From NCBI GenBank assembly GCA_963797505.1, contig CAWCQB010000039.1, positions 307,930-371,929 on the forward strand: a stretch of 64,000 nucleotides of DNA, given 5' to 3'. The notes beneath the pieces were generated by a model that had not been told where the DNA came from, did not search any database, and saw nothing but the letters and a program-made list of their open reading frames with translations. Shown one piece after another: positions 52,682-62,760 of this stretch (its first letter is position 1; each line of letters opens with the position of its first letter). Position numbers and translations under genes: made by a program. This stretch comes from an uncultured Actinomycetota bacterium. GTDB lineage: Bacteria; Actinomycetota; Actinomycetes; Propionibacteriales; Nocardioidaceae.

Positions 52682-53785
52682 TCAGCCGACCTCCCCAGAT
52701 GGAGCAGTGATCGGAATCCGGGCGCGGACACGGAACCCGGCACCGTCGGGACCGGCCTCGGTCGCACCCCCGCAGGAACCCACCCGCTCCTGCATGCCGC
52801 GCAGGCCGTAGCCCGCGCCCGGCACGTGCCGCGTGTGACGCGCGGGACCGGGGTCGCGCACTTCGAGCTCGATCGCCGAGGCGAGCCACCGGACCGTGAC
52901 CGTGGCCGACGGGGCAGCCGAGTGCTTGCGCACGTTGGTGAGCGACTCCTGGACGACCCTGTACGCCGCGAGGGACACCCCCTCGCCGAGCGGCGCCGGT
53001 GGGCCCTCGACCCGGAGCTCGACGCGGATGCCGGCCGCGGCGGTCGACCCGACGAGCTCGGCGATGTCAGTGACGCCCGGCTGAGGGGCACGGGGCGGCG
53101 CGGCGCCGTCGATGCGAAGGACGCCGAGCAACCGGCGCAGCTCGGTCAACGTGGCTCGGCCGTGCTGCTCGATGTCGGTCAGGGTCTGGGCTGCCTGGCT
53201 GTCGTCCGGCTGGTCACGACGCTCGGCCGCGGCCTGCACGACGATGGCGGAGACGTTGTGGGAGACGACGTCGTGCAGCTCTCCCGCGATGCGGGTGCGC
53301 TCCGTCATCGCCCGATGCTCGGCGAGGAGGGCACCCCGTTCCTCCGACATGCGAACCGCGACGCCGGCGACCCACGCCGCGCACACCACCACCGCCAGGT
53401 AGGCGAAGTTGGCCGGGTGAGGCGACTCGCCGAGCGCAATCACCCCGGCGAGAGCGGCGAGGTTCGTCCCGAGCAGGATCACCGTGGTCGGGACCGCCGT
53501 ACGCGAGCCGACCGCATAGACCACGAGCAGCAGGACGATCATCTCCGTGAAACCACCGGGGAGGTCGGAGCCGAGCAGCGCCTGCACCAGGACAGCGCAG
53601 TCGAACACCAGCACGGCCGGGACGGTGTGCGTTCGACGGACGCCCACGGGCAGGGTCGCGAACGGCACCGTGACCACGACGTACCACGGCGCCGGCGCGC
53701 TGGTAAGGCCGAGCACGGCTTCGACAAGACCGGAGATCGTCAGCAGCAGCGCGAGGACGACGTCGGTTCGCGCCCGCCTGTCCAT
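52682..53785 (-). CDS. Membrane sensor histidine kinase (HisKA_3)
   Basis: ERTRIAGELHDVVSH, YRVVQESLTNVRKH, GYGLRGMQER. Confidence 0.95.
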   Translation of the reverse strand: MDRRARTDVVLALLLTISGLVEAVLGLTSAPAPWYVVVTVPFATLPVGVRRTHTVPAVLVFDCAVLVQALLGSDLPGGFTEMIVLLLVVYAVGSRTAVPTTVILLGTNLAALAGVIALGESPHPANFAYLAVVVCAAWVAGVAVRMSEERGALLAEHRAMTERTRIAGELHDVVSHNVSAIVVQAAAERRDQPDDSQAAQTLTDIEQHGRATLTELRRLLGVLRIDGAAPPRAPQPGVTDIAELVGSTAAAGIRVELRVEGPPAPLGEGVSLAAYRVVQESLTNVRKHSAAPSATVTVRWLASAIELEVRDPGPARHTRHVPGAGYGLRGMQERVGSCGGATEAGPDGAGFRVRARIPITAPSGEVG

Positions 53786-53953
53786 GGACGAAACCTACGA
53801 CAGAACATCTCCCGCCGCGTCCGCATCACAGCAGTCCCGACAGGCCCGCACCTCTGCTTTTCTGCGTACGACGAACCGGCCTCCGCGCCGACGACAGCGA
53901 CTCCTGGCCGTTCCTAGCCTGATGGCCATCGTCCATCCGACCAGGGAGCGCCC

Positions 53954-54637
53954 ATGTCACACCACCTCACGGAAACCACCTCGTCGACCGCTGCGGAGCG
54001 GGAGCGGCCGTCGGCCACCGCCCCGAGCGCGGCCCTCGCCGCGCTCGTGGCCGCGCCCGTGCTCGTGCTGGTGGCGAGCCTGACGCAGGCCAGCCCGAAC
54101 GCCCACGACACCGCCTCCGAGCTCGCCTCGATCGCCGCCGCGCCTGGCCGCTATCAGGTCTCGGGCGCCATCGGCTGGTGCGCGATGGTGCTCTACGTCC
54201 CTGCCCTGATCGCTCTCGCTCGTCCGCTGTGGCCCTCCCGACGCCGGCTCGCCGGCATCGGGCTCGGGATGTCGATGACCGGCCTGGTCGCGCTGATCTC
54301 GCTGATGGGTTCGGGACCGGTGAGCCTGGCCATGGCGCAGGCGCCGGAGCGCGCGGCCATGATCCGGGTCGTCGATGCCTACGAGTCCGCGCCGCTGACC
54401 GTGGTGTGGATGCTCGTCATGGTGCTCGGGTTCTCGCTGGGTCCGGTGCTGCTCGGGTTCGGGCTGTGGCGCTCCGGGTTCCCTCTGGCGGTTCCGGCGC
54501 TGCTCCTGCTCGGGTTGATCGTGCAGATGCTGGACGCCGGTCGGTGGCCGCTGGCTCTCGGTTACGCCCTGACCGCGGCCGGGATGACTCTCGTTTCCGT
54601 GGTGACCGTCCGGCGTCGGAGCCTGGTTCAGGCCTGA
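53954..54637 (+). CDS. Multi-pass membrane protein divergent from the two-component system
   Basis: About 6 hydrophobic helices; GGGAG RBS. Confidence 0.75.
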   Translation: MSHHLTETTSSTAAERERPSATAPSAALAALVAAPVLVLVASLTQASPNAHDTASELASIAAAPGRYQVSGAIGWCAMVLYVPALIALARPLWPSRRRLAGIGLGMSMTGLVALISLMGSGPVSLAMAQAPERAAMIRVVDAYESAPLTVVWMLVMVLGFSLGPVLLGFGLWRSGFPLAVPALLLLGLIVQMLDAGRWPLALGYALTAAGMTLVSVVTVRRRSLVQA

Positions 54638-54650
54638 CGCCGGGCGTGCG

Positions 54651-55556
54651 TCACGCGAGTCCGGCGAACAGGTCTGTCTCGAGCCCCCCTGGCTCGTCGG
54701 GCGCCGGGGTGCCCTTGGCGATCCGGAAGAACTCGGTGCCCCAGATCTCGTTGCCCTTGTTGTTGGCCAGCGCGAAGAACGGGCCGTCGACCGCGATCTG
54801 GGTGGCGTGGGCGCGCATCGCGTCCATCTTGGCGCCGACGTAGTCGTCGGCCTCGACGAGCGCGGTGAGGTCCTCGTCGTCGACCATGAACTTGGGCAGG
54901 TCGCCGTCGGGGTCCATGCCCTCGAAGGTGGTGGTGTCGCCCGCGTCGCGCAGGTCGCGCAGCCCCTGCCGCACCCGGCTGGCCGACATCGCGCCCCAGT
55001 AGATCTTGGCGATGTCGTGGGCCTCGCCGAGGTCCCGGCGGAAGGACGGCACGGCGGCCAGCGACGCGGCGTACGTCGCCACCCGGTGTGCCTGGATGTG
55101 GTCGGGGTGCCCGTAGCCACCGAAGTCGTCGTAGGTGACCAGCACCTGGGGCCGCACCTCGCGGATCACCTCGACGAGGTGGCTCGCGGCCTCGAGGAGG
55201 TCGGCGCTCCAGAACGCGTTGGCGTGCACGTCGTCGGCCGGGATCGCGTATCCCTCGGCGTGCCACTGCATGCCGGAGTCGCGGTACTTCTTGAAGCCGC
55301 CGAGGTAGCGGTGGTCGGTGACACCGAGAGCCTTCATCGCGTTGTCGAGCTCGACCTTGCGCTGGTCGGCGAGGGTGTCGTCCTGGTCGGCGGCCATGTG
55401 CGCCATCTCGGGCACGAGGATCTCGCCCATCTCGCCGCCGGTGCAGGTGACCAGCGTGACGCCGACTCCCTCGGCGACGTAGCGCGCCATCGTGGCGCCC
55501 TGCCCGATGCTCTCGTCGTCCGGGTGGGCGTGCACGAGGAGCAGGTGCTTGTCCAT
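54651..55556 (-). CDS. mshB: Mycothiol biosynthesis deacetylase MshB
   Basis: LLLVHAHPDDES, VTCTGGEMGE, YRDSGM, GGYGHPDHIQAH, AHATQI, ETDLFAGL. Confidence 0.92.
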   Translation of the reverse strand: MDKHLLLVHAHPDDESIGQGATMARYVAEGVGVTLVTCTGGEMGEILVPEMAHMAADQDDTLADQRKVELDNAMKALGVTDHRYLGGFKKYRDSGMQWHAEGYAIPADDVHANAFWSADLLEAASHLVEVIREVRPQVLVTYDDFGGYGHPDHIQAHRVATYAASLAAVPSFRRDLGEAHDIAKIYWGAMSASRVRQGLRDLRDAGDTTTFEGMDPDGDLPKFMVDDEDLTALVEADDYVGAKMDAMRAHATQIAVDGPFFALANNKGNEIWGTEFFRIAKGTPAPDEPGGLETDLFAGLA

Positions 55557-55592
55557 GTCGGCGATCCTAGGGTGCGCCGCCGACAGCTCTCG

Positions 55593-55868
55593 CTAGAGGT
55601 TTCGTTTGACCCGGCGCGGGGCGGTCGGGAGCACGAGCGGGGTGGTCGGCGCAGGTGGCTCCTCGGGCTCCAGCCAGCCGTCGTACTCCTCGACGAGCAG
55701 CTCCAGCATCACCACCGGGGCGTCGCTGGACACCACCCACGGGTGGTCCTCGTCGTCGTCCTCCCCGGCGAACGGCTCCCGCTCGCAGGTGGCGTCGAAG
55801 CCGTCCCGGAGCAGCCGGGCGACGACCGCGCGGGCGTGGTCCTCGTCGAAGAAGACGCCGCGCATCAT
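55593..55868 (-). CDS. Small acidic hypothetical protein
   Basis: [15 protein letters not shown]; overlaps the NUDIX stop. Confidence 0.7.
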   Translation of the reverse strand: MMRGVFFDEDHARAVVARLLRDGFDATCEREPFAGEDDDEDHPWVVSSDAPVVMLELLVEEYDGWLEPEEPPAPTTPLVLPTAPRRVKRNL

Positions 55869-56263
55869 CGGCTGCCCATCAGGTCGCGCAGCGGGTCGAG
55901 GAACGGTACGTCGGCCGCGGCCCAGGTGACCTCGTCGAGCTCGTCGGCCCTCAGCCAGCGCACGGCGTCGTGCTCGTGCGGGACCGGGTCACCATCGGCC
56001 AGTCGTGCCAGGACGACGCGCAGCGCGAGGTCGTCACCGATCGGCGAGGTGCCGTCCAGGGCGCCCGTGACCTCGACCGTGCAACCGAGCTCCTCGACGA
56101 TCTCCCGGACAGCGGCGGTCTCGAGCGACTCCCCCGCCTCGACCTTGCCGCCGGGCAGCTCCCAGAGACCGGCCAGCGCGGGCGGGTGGGCGCGACGGGC
56201 AGCGAGCACGCGATCCCCCTCGAGGATCGCGACACCCACCACCTCTCTGGCCACCGCACGCAT
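55865..56263 (-). CDS. MutT/NUDIX hydrolase
   Basis: Nudix box [27 protein letters not shown]. Confidence 0.93.
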   Translation of the reverse strand: MRAVAREVVGVAILEGDRVLAARRAHPPALAGLWELPGGKVEAGESLETAAVREIVEELGCTVEVTGALDGTSPIGDDLALRVVLARLADGDPVPHEHDAVRWLRADELDEVTWAAADVPFLDPLRDLMGSR

Positions 56264-56297
56264 GCGGCCAATGTAGAGGGACGTCTACGTTGGTGCG

Positions 56298-57340
56298 GTG
56301 AGCCCGGAACCGTCGTCGAGCATCCACCTGCGTCGGACCGACGAGAACGTGGCCGACATCGACGAGGCCGTCGAACGGTTCGGGCGCAGGGTCGGGATCG
56401 CGGGCGCTGCTGGCCCACCTCAACCGGAAGGCCGAGAAGGCACGGGTCCCGGGAACGGCGGTCGACCACGGGTTCCGCTGGAACGCCGGCGACGAGGCCA
56501 CCGAGCGGTGGTGGCCCCAGGGCATCACCACCTCGGCCGACGCGAGCGACACCGAGGACATCGACGGCCGGCGGCTGCTGATGACGAGCTGGTACTCCAA
56601 GACCGTCAACGGCGAGAACCGCGGCAGCCGGGTCAGCGTCGTCGACATCGACACCCTGGAGTACCGCCACGTCCTGCTCGTCGTACCCGAGCGGTCCGGC
56701 GACGGAGACCTGGAGCTGAAGCCGCTGCTCGTCCACGCGGGCGGCCTGGTCTGGTGCGGGCCCTACCTGCACGTGGCCGGCACCCGTCGCGGCCTGTTCA
56801 GCTGCCTGGTCGACGACATCATCCGCGTCGACTCGACCGAGGACACCTTCGGCTACCGGTTCGTGCTGCCCGTCCGCTTCGCGTACGACGCGGCCGCGAG
56901 CGAGGGCGTGGAGGCGATGCGCTACTCCTTCCTCTCCCTCGACCGCGGCGCGCAGCCTCCACAGCTGGTGGCGGGCGAGTACGGCCGCGCCGAGATGACC
57001 AAGCGCCTGGTGCGCTACCCGCTCGACCCCGAGACTCGCCACCTGGCCGCGCACGAGGACGGCACCTCACGCCCGGTGCTGCTCGACGAACGCGGTCTCG
57101 GGCACATGCAGGGCGCCGCGGTGGTGGGCGACACCTACTACGTCACCTCGAGCCGCGGGCGCTACCGGCTCGGCAACCTGCACGTCGGGGAGCCGGGCAG
57201 CTTCCGCACGCTTCCCGCGCGCGCTGCCCGTGGGTCCCGAGGACATCTCCTACTGGCCCTCGACCGACCTGCTCTGGTCGCTCTCGGAGTACCCCGGCCG
57301 GAGATACGTCTTCGCCTTGCGTCGCAGCCAGTTCGACTGA
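56298..57340 (+). CDS. Hypothetical protein, probable beta-propeller (frameshifted)
   Basis: WWPQGITTSAD, VHAGGLVW, RYSFLSLD, MQGAAV, GPEDISY, WSLSEYPG. Confidence 0.7.
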
Positions 57341-57350
57341 GCCGCTCGTC

Positions 57351-58624
57351 TCAGGGAGTCGGGGTGGTCGTCGGCACCGGCACGAGCAGGCCCGTGTCGG
57401 GGTCGAACTGGTAGCCGTCGGGTGCCGTGCAGGTCTCCGGGGAGACGACCGGCTGGTCCTGGGTGGCCCCGGCCTGGTCGGCCGGCGTCTGGGTCGGAGT
57501 GTCGGTCGGGACGGGGCACTCGGGCAGCGGAGTCGGGATCGGCAGGCGTGGGGTCGGCCGGCGGGTCGGCGGGCGTCGGGTCGGCCGGCGGGTCAGCCGG
57601 GGTGGGATCGGCCTTCGGCGGATCGGCCGGTGTCGGGTCGGCCGGGGTCGGGTCCGGTGCGGAGGTGGACGGCGAGGACGGCGTGCTCGCGGGAGGCGTG
57701 GTCGTCGTCCCCGGCGAGGCCGGAGTCGTGGGGGTCGCCGACGGAGTGCCCGGCTTGGTCACCGGCACCGAGGGGCTCACCGGCTCGGCGGCCGTCGTCG
57801 TGGTCGGCGCGGGGGCCGGCGTACGGGTGGAGGCCGGTGCCAGCGGCGTGGTCATCGGGACCGCGAGCGCTGCCACGAACGGCACCGCACCGATGCCTTC
57901 GAGGTCGGCGTTGTCGAAGACCGACTTCCAGGCGAGCACTGCCCGCAGGTAGGCGTCGGACTGGTTGTAGGAGAGGATCGCCTGCTTCAGCCCGGCGGCC
58001 GTGGACAGGTCGCGACCGTCGGCGCACAGGTAGGCCATCGCCGCGCCCGCCGAGTCGTAGACGTTCTGCGGGTCCCGGACTCCGTCGCCGTCCATGTCGA
58101 GGCCGACCACCCGCCAGCTCGCGGGGATGATCTGCATCGGGCCGAGCGCCCGGTCCCAGATCGTGTTGTGGTCCCAGTGGCCGGCGTCGGTGTCCTTGAC
58201 GGCGCGGTACTTCTTGCCGTCGAGGACGGGGCCCGAGGATTTCCGGACTGACCCGGTGGGCGGAGTCGATCGTGTGGCCGGCCAGGTTGCCCGACTCGAC
58301 CTGCCCGATGGCGGCGAGCACGGGAGTGGTCAGGTGGCACTGCGTCGGCGAGACGGCCACCGCGAGGGTGTACGCCGCGAGCAGGTCGGCGGTGAGGTCC
58401 TGGGTCGGGGCAATGGCAGCCGAACCGGCCCAACCACGGCTGTTGAGCGCGGCAGCGCTGGGCACCACGACCGGCGCCTCCGGTGGGACCGTCACGCTGG
58501 CGGGCTGGAGCAGGGGGGTCTGCAGCGGCTCGAGCCGCGATCCTGCGAGCTGCGCAGCCGGGCCGCCCGGCGCCCAGAACAGCGCGCTGAGCAGCAGGAC
58601 TGCGAGGCCGAACTTGGCCTTCAT
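57351..58624 (-). CDS. Secreted lytic transglycosylase with Pro/Thr-rich tail (frameshifted)
   Basis: LAAIGQVES, DRALGPMQIIPASW, DGDGVRDPQNVYD, YLCA, YNQS. Confidence 0.88.
57549..57656 (-). repeat. Coding tandem repeats (DPTPA/DPPA)
   Basis: Repeated GGGTCGGCCGG-type units encoding PDPTPADPTPADPPKADPTPADPPADPTPADPPADPTP. Confidence 0.8.
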
Positions 58625-58755
58625 GATTCCGAGACTCCCCCTCCATGCAAACCGGCGGCAAGTGCCAACCGGCCCGCCCGTCCGGAAAGTGTCAGCCAGC
58701 AGCCGCGCAGAGACCAGCCAGAACCCGCAAGTAACACAAAACGGGTGCAGGCCGT

Positions 58756-59613
58756 CTAGACCTGATCGCCCGCTTGACCCGATTTGCCGGGAACGCGTGG
58801 TAGCAGCGCGAGCTGACGCGACTGGGCCACCAGCCGGCCGGTGCTGTCCCAGACCTCGCAGTCCTCCTCGAACTGGCCGCCGGAGATGTTGCGCGTCGCG
58901 TGCCGCACGATCGCCCACCCGGGCGCGGGGTCGGCGCGGACGTGGGCGGTCAGCTCGATGGTGGGAGCCCAGCCGGGGAGCCCGAGGTCGAAGGTCACCG
59001 GCGGCAGGGCGTCGACGACCAGGAGCAGCGCGATCGGGTCCAGCGGTCGGTCGTCGGCGAGCTTGAACCAGCCCTGGATGATGCCGCTCCGGCTCGGCTC
59101 ACCGACCGCCCAGCCGACGTACGCCGGGTCGAGGCGGGTGCCGAACCGCTCGAGCAGAGGGGCGACCCGGCGTACCTCGTCGGGAGCGAACCGTGCCTCG
59201 ACGCAGTCCTCCACGGGCGGCAGGTCGGGCGGCGGGATCTCGCGCTCGACCTCCTGGGACATGCCGGCGAGCGACCCGTAGACGGCGAGCACGGTGATCC
59301 GCTCGACGTCGGCGCCGTCCTCCTGCTGCACCAGGCTGGCCGCGACCGTCGAACGCCGGCCGCCCTCGCGGACCCGCCGGACGCGGACGACCGCGGGTCC
59401 GGGCGTCGTCGGGGTCAGGTAGTAGGCGCTGACGCTGACCGGGTCGGGCTGGCCGGAGTCGGTGAGCTCGGCCCTGATGGCGTTGCCGATCACGGCGAGC
59501 AGGTAGCCGCCGTTGAGCCCCCCGCCGACCACCCAGCCACGGTCGAGCGTCGCGGCGTACTCCCCCGGGCCGGTGGCCTCGACGGCGATGCCGCGGTCGA
59601 GCTCGAAGTCCAT
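58756..59613 (-). CDS. Thioesterase family protein (double hot-dog fold)
   Basis: GGLNGGYL, VDALPP, WAPTIELTAHVR, EEDCEVWD...VAQSRQLA. Confidence 0.9.
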   Translation of the reverse strand: MDFELDRGIAVEATGPGEYAATLDRGWVVGGGLNGGYLLAVIGNAIRAELTDSGQPDPVSVSAYYLTPTTPGPAVVRVRRVREGGRRSTVAASLVQQEDGADVERITVLAVYGSLAGMSQEVEREIPPPDLPPVEDCVEARFAPDEVRRVAPLLERFGTRLDPAYVGWAVGEPSRSGIIQGWFKLADDRPLDPIALLLVVDALPPVTFDLGLPGWAPTIELTAHVRADPAPGWAIVRHATRNISGGQFEEDCEVWDSTGRLVAQSRQLALLPRVPGKSGQAGDQV

Positions 59614-59636
59614 GCCGGCGAGCCGCGAGGGCGCGG

Positions 59637-60869
59637 TCAGGCGTAGCCGGCGGGCGTCCCCCAGGTGGCCGAGCGCGAGCTGCCCTCGTGGACCACCGGG
59701 CAGTGCGTGCCGACGAAGTTGGTCGGCATGCACAGGTTGCAGTGGATGCAGAGCGAGGGCGTGGCGGCGTCGGCGGCGATCCGGTTGACCAGGTCGGGCT
59801 CGCGGAGCAGCGCGCGGCCCATGGCCACGAACTCGAAGCCCTCGCTCATCGCGAGGTCCATCGAGGACCGGTCGGTGATGCCGCCGAGCAGCACCATCGG
59901 CAGCCCGATCTCGGCGCGGACCTTGCGGGCGTCGTCGAGCAGGAAGGCGTCGCGGTAGGGGTACTCGCGGATGAACGACTTGCCCGCGAAGCGCATCACC
60001 GTCTTGATCGGCTGCGGCATCACCTCGACGAACTCCTTGACCGGAGCGCCACCGCGGAAGAGGTACATCGGGTTGAGCAACGAGCTGCCGCCGGTCATCT
60101 CGAAGGCGTCGACGGTGCCGTCCTGCTCGATCCACTGCGCGGTCCGGATCGCCTCCTCGACGGTGATGCCGCCGCGCACACCGTCGGACATGTTCAGCTT
60201 GGTGAGGATGGCGATCCGGTCCCCGACGGCGTCGCGCACCGCGCGCAGGATGCCGCGGGCGAACCTGGCACGGTTCTCCAGCGAGCCGCCGAACTCGTCC
60301 TTGCGGTGGTTGACCTTGGGGCTGAGGAACGCGCTCGGCAGGTAGCTGTGCCCGAGGTGCACCTCGACGGCATCGAAGCCGGCCTCGATCGCGCGCACGG
60401 CGGCGGCTGCGTGAGCAGCGGTGATCCGCTCGAGGTCGGCCGGCTTCGCCTTGCGCGAGACCCCGAAGGACATGTTCGGGAAGCGGGTGCTCGGCGAGAG
60501 GGCGTGCCGCTTGTTGCCCCGGGAGTCGGCCACCGGGCCTGCGTGCCCGATCTGGGCCGAGATCGCGGCACCCTCGGCGTGGACGGCGTCGGTGAGCACG
60601 CGCAGGCCGGGCATCGCCTCGTCGGTCCACTGGATCTGGTCGGGTGCGGTGCGGCCGTCCGGGGCGACGGCGCAGTAGGCGACCGTGGTCATGCCGACCC
60701 CGCCTGCGGCGTACGCGCGGTGGAAGTCGACGAGGTCGGTGGTGACGCGGGAGCGGTGGCTCAGACCTTCGTACGTCGCCGCCTTGATGATCCGGTTGCG
60801 CAGCGTGAGCGGACCGATCCGACCGGGCGAGAAGACGTCCGGCGCGCCATTTTCTAGAACGTGTTCCAC
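59637..60869 (-). CDS. NADH:flavin oxidoreductase (Old Yellow Enzyme family)
   Basis: LRNRIIKAAT, QIGHAG, GFDAVEVHLGHSYL, GGSLENRARF, MGRALLREP, CIHCNLC. Confidence 0.93.
   Translation of the reverse strand: MEHVLENGAPDVFSPGRIGPLTLRNRIIKAATYEGLSHRSRVTTDLVDFHRAYAAGGVGMTTVAYCAVAPDGRTAPDQIQWTDEAMPGLRVLTDAVHAEGAAISAQIGHAGPVADSRGNKRHALSPSTRFPNMSFGVSRKAKPADLERITAAHAAAAVRAIEAGFDAVEVHLGHSYLPSAFLSPKVNHRKDEFGGSLENRARFARGILRAVRDAVGDRIAILTKLNMSDGVRGGITVEEAIRTAQWIEQDGTVDAFEMTGGSSLLNPMYLFRGGAPVKEFVEVMPQPIKTVMRFAGKSFIREYPYRDAFLLDDARKVRAEIGLPMVLLGGITDRSSMDLAMSEGFEFVAMGRALLREPDLVNRIAADAATPSLCIHCNLCMPTNFVGTHCPVVHEGSSRSATWGTPAGYA
60855..60868. promoter_or_regulatory. KstR-type operator TAGAACGTGTTCCA
   Basis: Matches TnnAACnnGTTnnA; immediately downstream of TAATCT-N6 on the minus strand, at the 5' end of the oxidoreductase gene. 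Confidence 0.7.
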
Positions 60870-60904
60870 TTTCCCAGATTACACGGATCGACTCCTGCGG
60901 ACCC

Positions 60905-61462
60905 CTACTCGCGCAGCGTGCGGATCGCCCGGGTGGTCTTCACGACGTGGTCGAGCACCCGCTTGAGCTCGCCCGCGCGGCGGTCACCCGGCGTGAACTC
61001 ACCGTCGGTCCAGTCGCCGAAGTTGTGCAGCACGACCTGCGGACGGACGGTGTACATCACGACGGCGGCCAGGATGCCGCGCCACTGCTCGATGGCCCGC
61101 GTGGCCCCGTCGAAGCCGTAGCCCACGAAGCCGGCCACCTTCTGGTTCCACTCGGGATAGAGCAGGTCGACGGCGTTCTTCATCGCGGCCGGTACGCCGT
61201 GGTTGTACTCCGGCGTGACCCACACGAACCCGTCGAAGCCGTCGATCACTCGGCTCCACACCCGGGTGGACTCCCGCTCGTAGTCGCGCTGGGCGGCACC
61301 CGCGTCGACCGGCTCGTCGAGCAGCGGCAGGTGGTAGTCGTCGATCTCGACGAGCTCGAAGTCCGCGTCGTCACGTTGCCGCGCTGCGTCGTACACCCAT
61401 TGCCCCACCGCGGAACCTTTCCGTCCAGGACGGGTACTACCGACAAGAATCGCGATCTTCAC
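60905..61462 (-). CDS. NADPH-dependent FMN reductase
   Basis: ILVGSTRPGR, VTPEYNHG, KNAVD. Confidence 0.92.
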   Translation of the reverse strand: MKIAILVGSTRPGRKGSAVGQWVYDAARQRDDADFELVEIDDYHLPLLDEPVDAGAAQRDYERESTRVWSRVIDGFDGFVWVTPEYNHGVPAAMKNAVDLLYPEWNQKVAGFVGYGFDGATRAIEQWRGILAAVVMYTVRPQVVLHNFGDWTDGEFTPGDRRAGELKRVLDHVVKTTRAIRTLRE

Positions 61463-61485
61463 GAAAACCTCCGTATGACTTACCG

Positions 61486-62749
61486 TTGATCAACTCCTCA
61501 GCCACGGGGTGGCTGCGGGTTTGGGGGAGAACCGAATTGCAACCGGGAGCTGGGGACTCCGGGTGCGACAGAGATGCCGTCCTGGACATCTTGTCGCGTC
61601 CTGACGACGACGACCTCGCCGACGTGGTGGAGCTCGTCGCCAAGATCTGTGCTGCCCAGGCGGCGGGCATCACCATCTCGCGCGGCGACCAGTACCACGT
61701 GCCCATCACCTACGGGATCGAGCCGTTCGTCTCCCCGGCGTCCGACACCTTCTGCCAGCACACCATGGGCACCGCCGACGTCTTCGTCATCGAGGACGCC
61801 CGCACCGACCCGCGCTTCGCCGACATCGGCTGGGTGGACGGCACCATCGCGAAGGCGAGGTTCTACGCCTCGGCCCCGCTGTACGCCCCCACCGGCGAGA
61901 TGGTGGGTCGCCTCTGCGTGATCGACCCCTCCGTGCGGACCCTGACGCCCCTGCAGCGCCGTTCGCTCGAGACGCTGGCCGCCAGCGTCACCCAGGTGAT
62001 CGAGCTGCGGTTGCTCCGTGACACCCGGACTCCGCTGATCTCGCCGGAGTCCGGCCAGACCGCGGCGACCGTCGTCTCCCAGCTCGCCGCCGAGCTCAGC
62101 CACGACCTGCGGGTCCCGCTCAGCTCGATCACGGCCTGCGTGGAGATGCTCGAGGACGAGCTCGACGACCAGCCCAACCCCGTGGTCGACGCCCTGCTGA
62201 CCCGCACCATGCGTGCTGCGGAGCGGATGGAGCGGATGCTCGACCAGTCCATGGAGTACGGCGCCGCCGGTGAGAGAGCCCACCTTCACGGAGGTCGACC
62301 TGGCCCAGCTCGCCGAGCAGCTGGTGCTCAGCTCGGCCGGCCTGCTCGAGACGTCCGGCGCCACCGTCGAGACGGCCGACCTGCCCGTCGTGCACGCGGA
62401 CCCCGACGACATGTACTCCGTGCTCCAGAACCTGCTCACCAACTCGGTGAAGTTCGCGCGGCCCGGGGTGCCGCCACACGTGCACATCTCGGCGCGACAC
62501 CTGCCCGAGACCTGGCGGATCTCGTTCCGCGACAACGGGGTGGGCATCCCGGAGGAGCGCCGGGTGGACGTGTTCTCCCTGTTCAGCCGGGCCGCCAGCG
62601 ACGTCGAGGGGCACGGCATCGGGCTGGCCACCGTCTCGCGGATCATCGCCTCCCACGGGGGCCTGGTCGGCGCGGAGGCGGTGCCCGGCGGCGGGGCCGA
62701 GATCTGGTTCGAGCTGCCGGACGACGAGGCCAAGGAGCAGGCCCGCTAG
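61486..62749 (+). CDS. GAF-domain sensor histidine kinase (frameshift near 62270; start uncertain)
   Basis: FCQHT...DARTDPRF...RFYASAPL GAF domain; SHDLRVPL H-box; NLLTNSVKF, DNGVGI, GIGLA. Confidence 0.9.
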
Positions 62750-62760
62750 CAGGGCCTGCG

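Noticed and set aside
58625-58755. c-di-AMP (ydaO) or c-di-GMP riboswitch upstream of the lytic transglycosylase
   Set aside because: I could not find the conserved elements on the coding strand; a GCAAACC motif is on the wrong strand and lacks the rest of the consensus.
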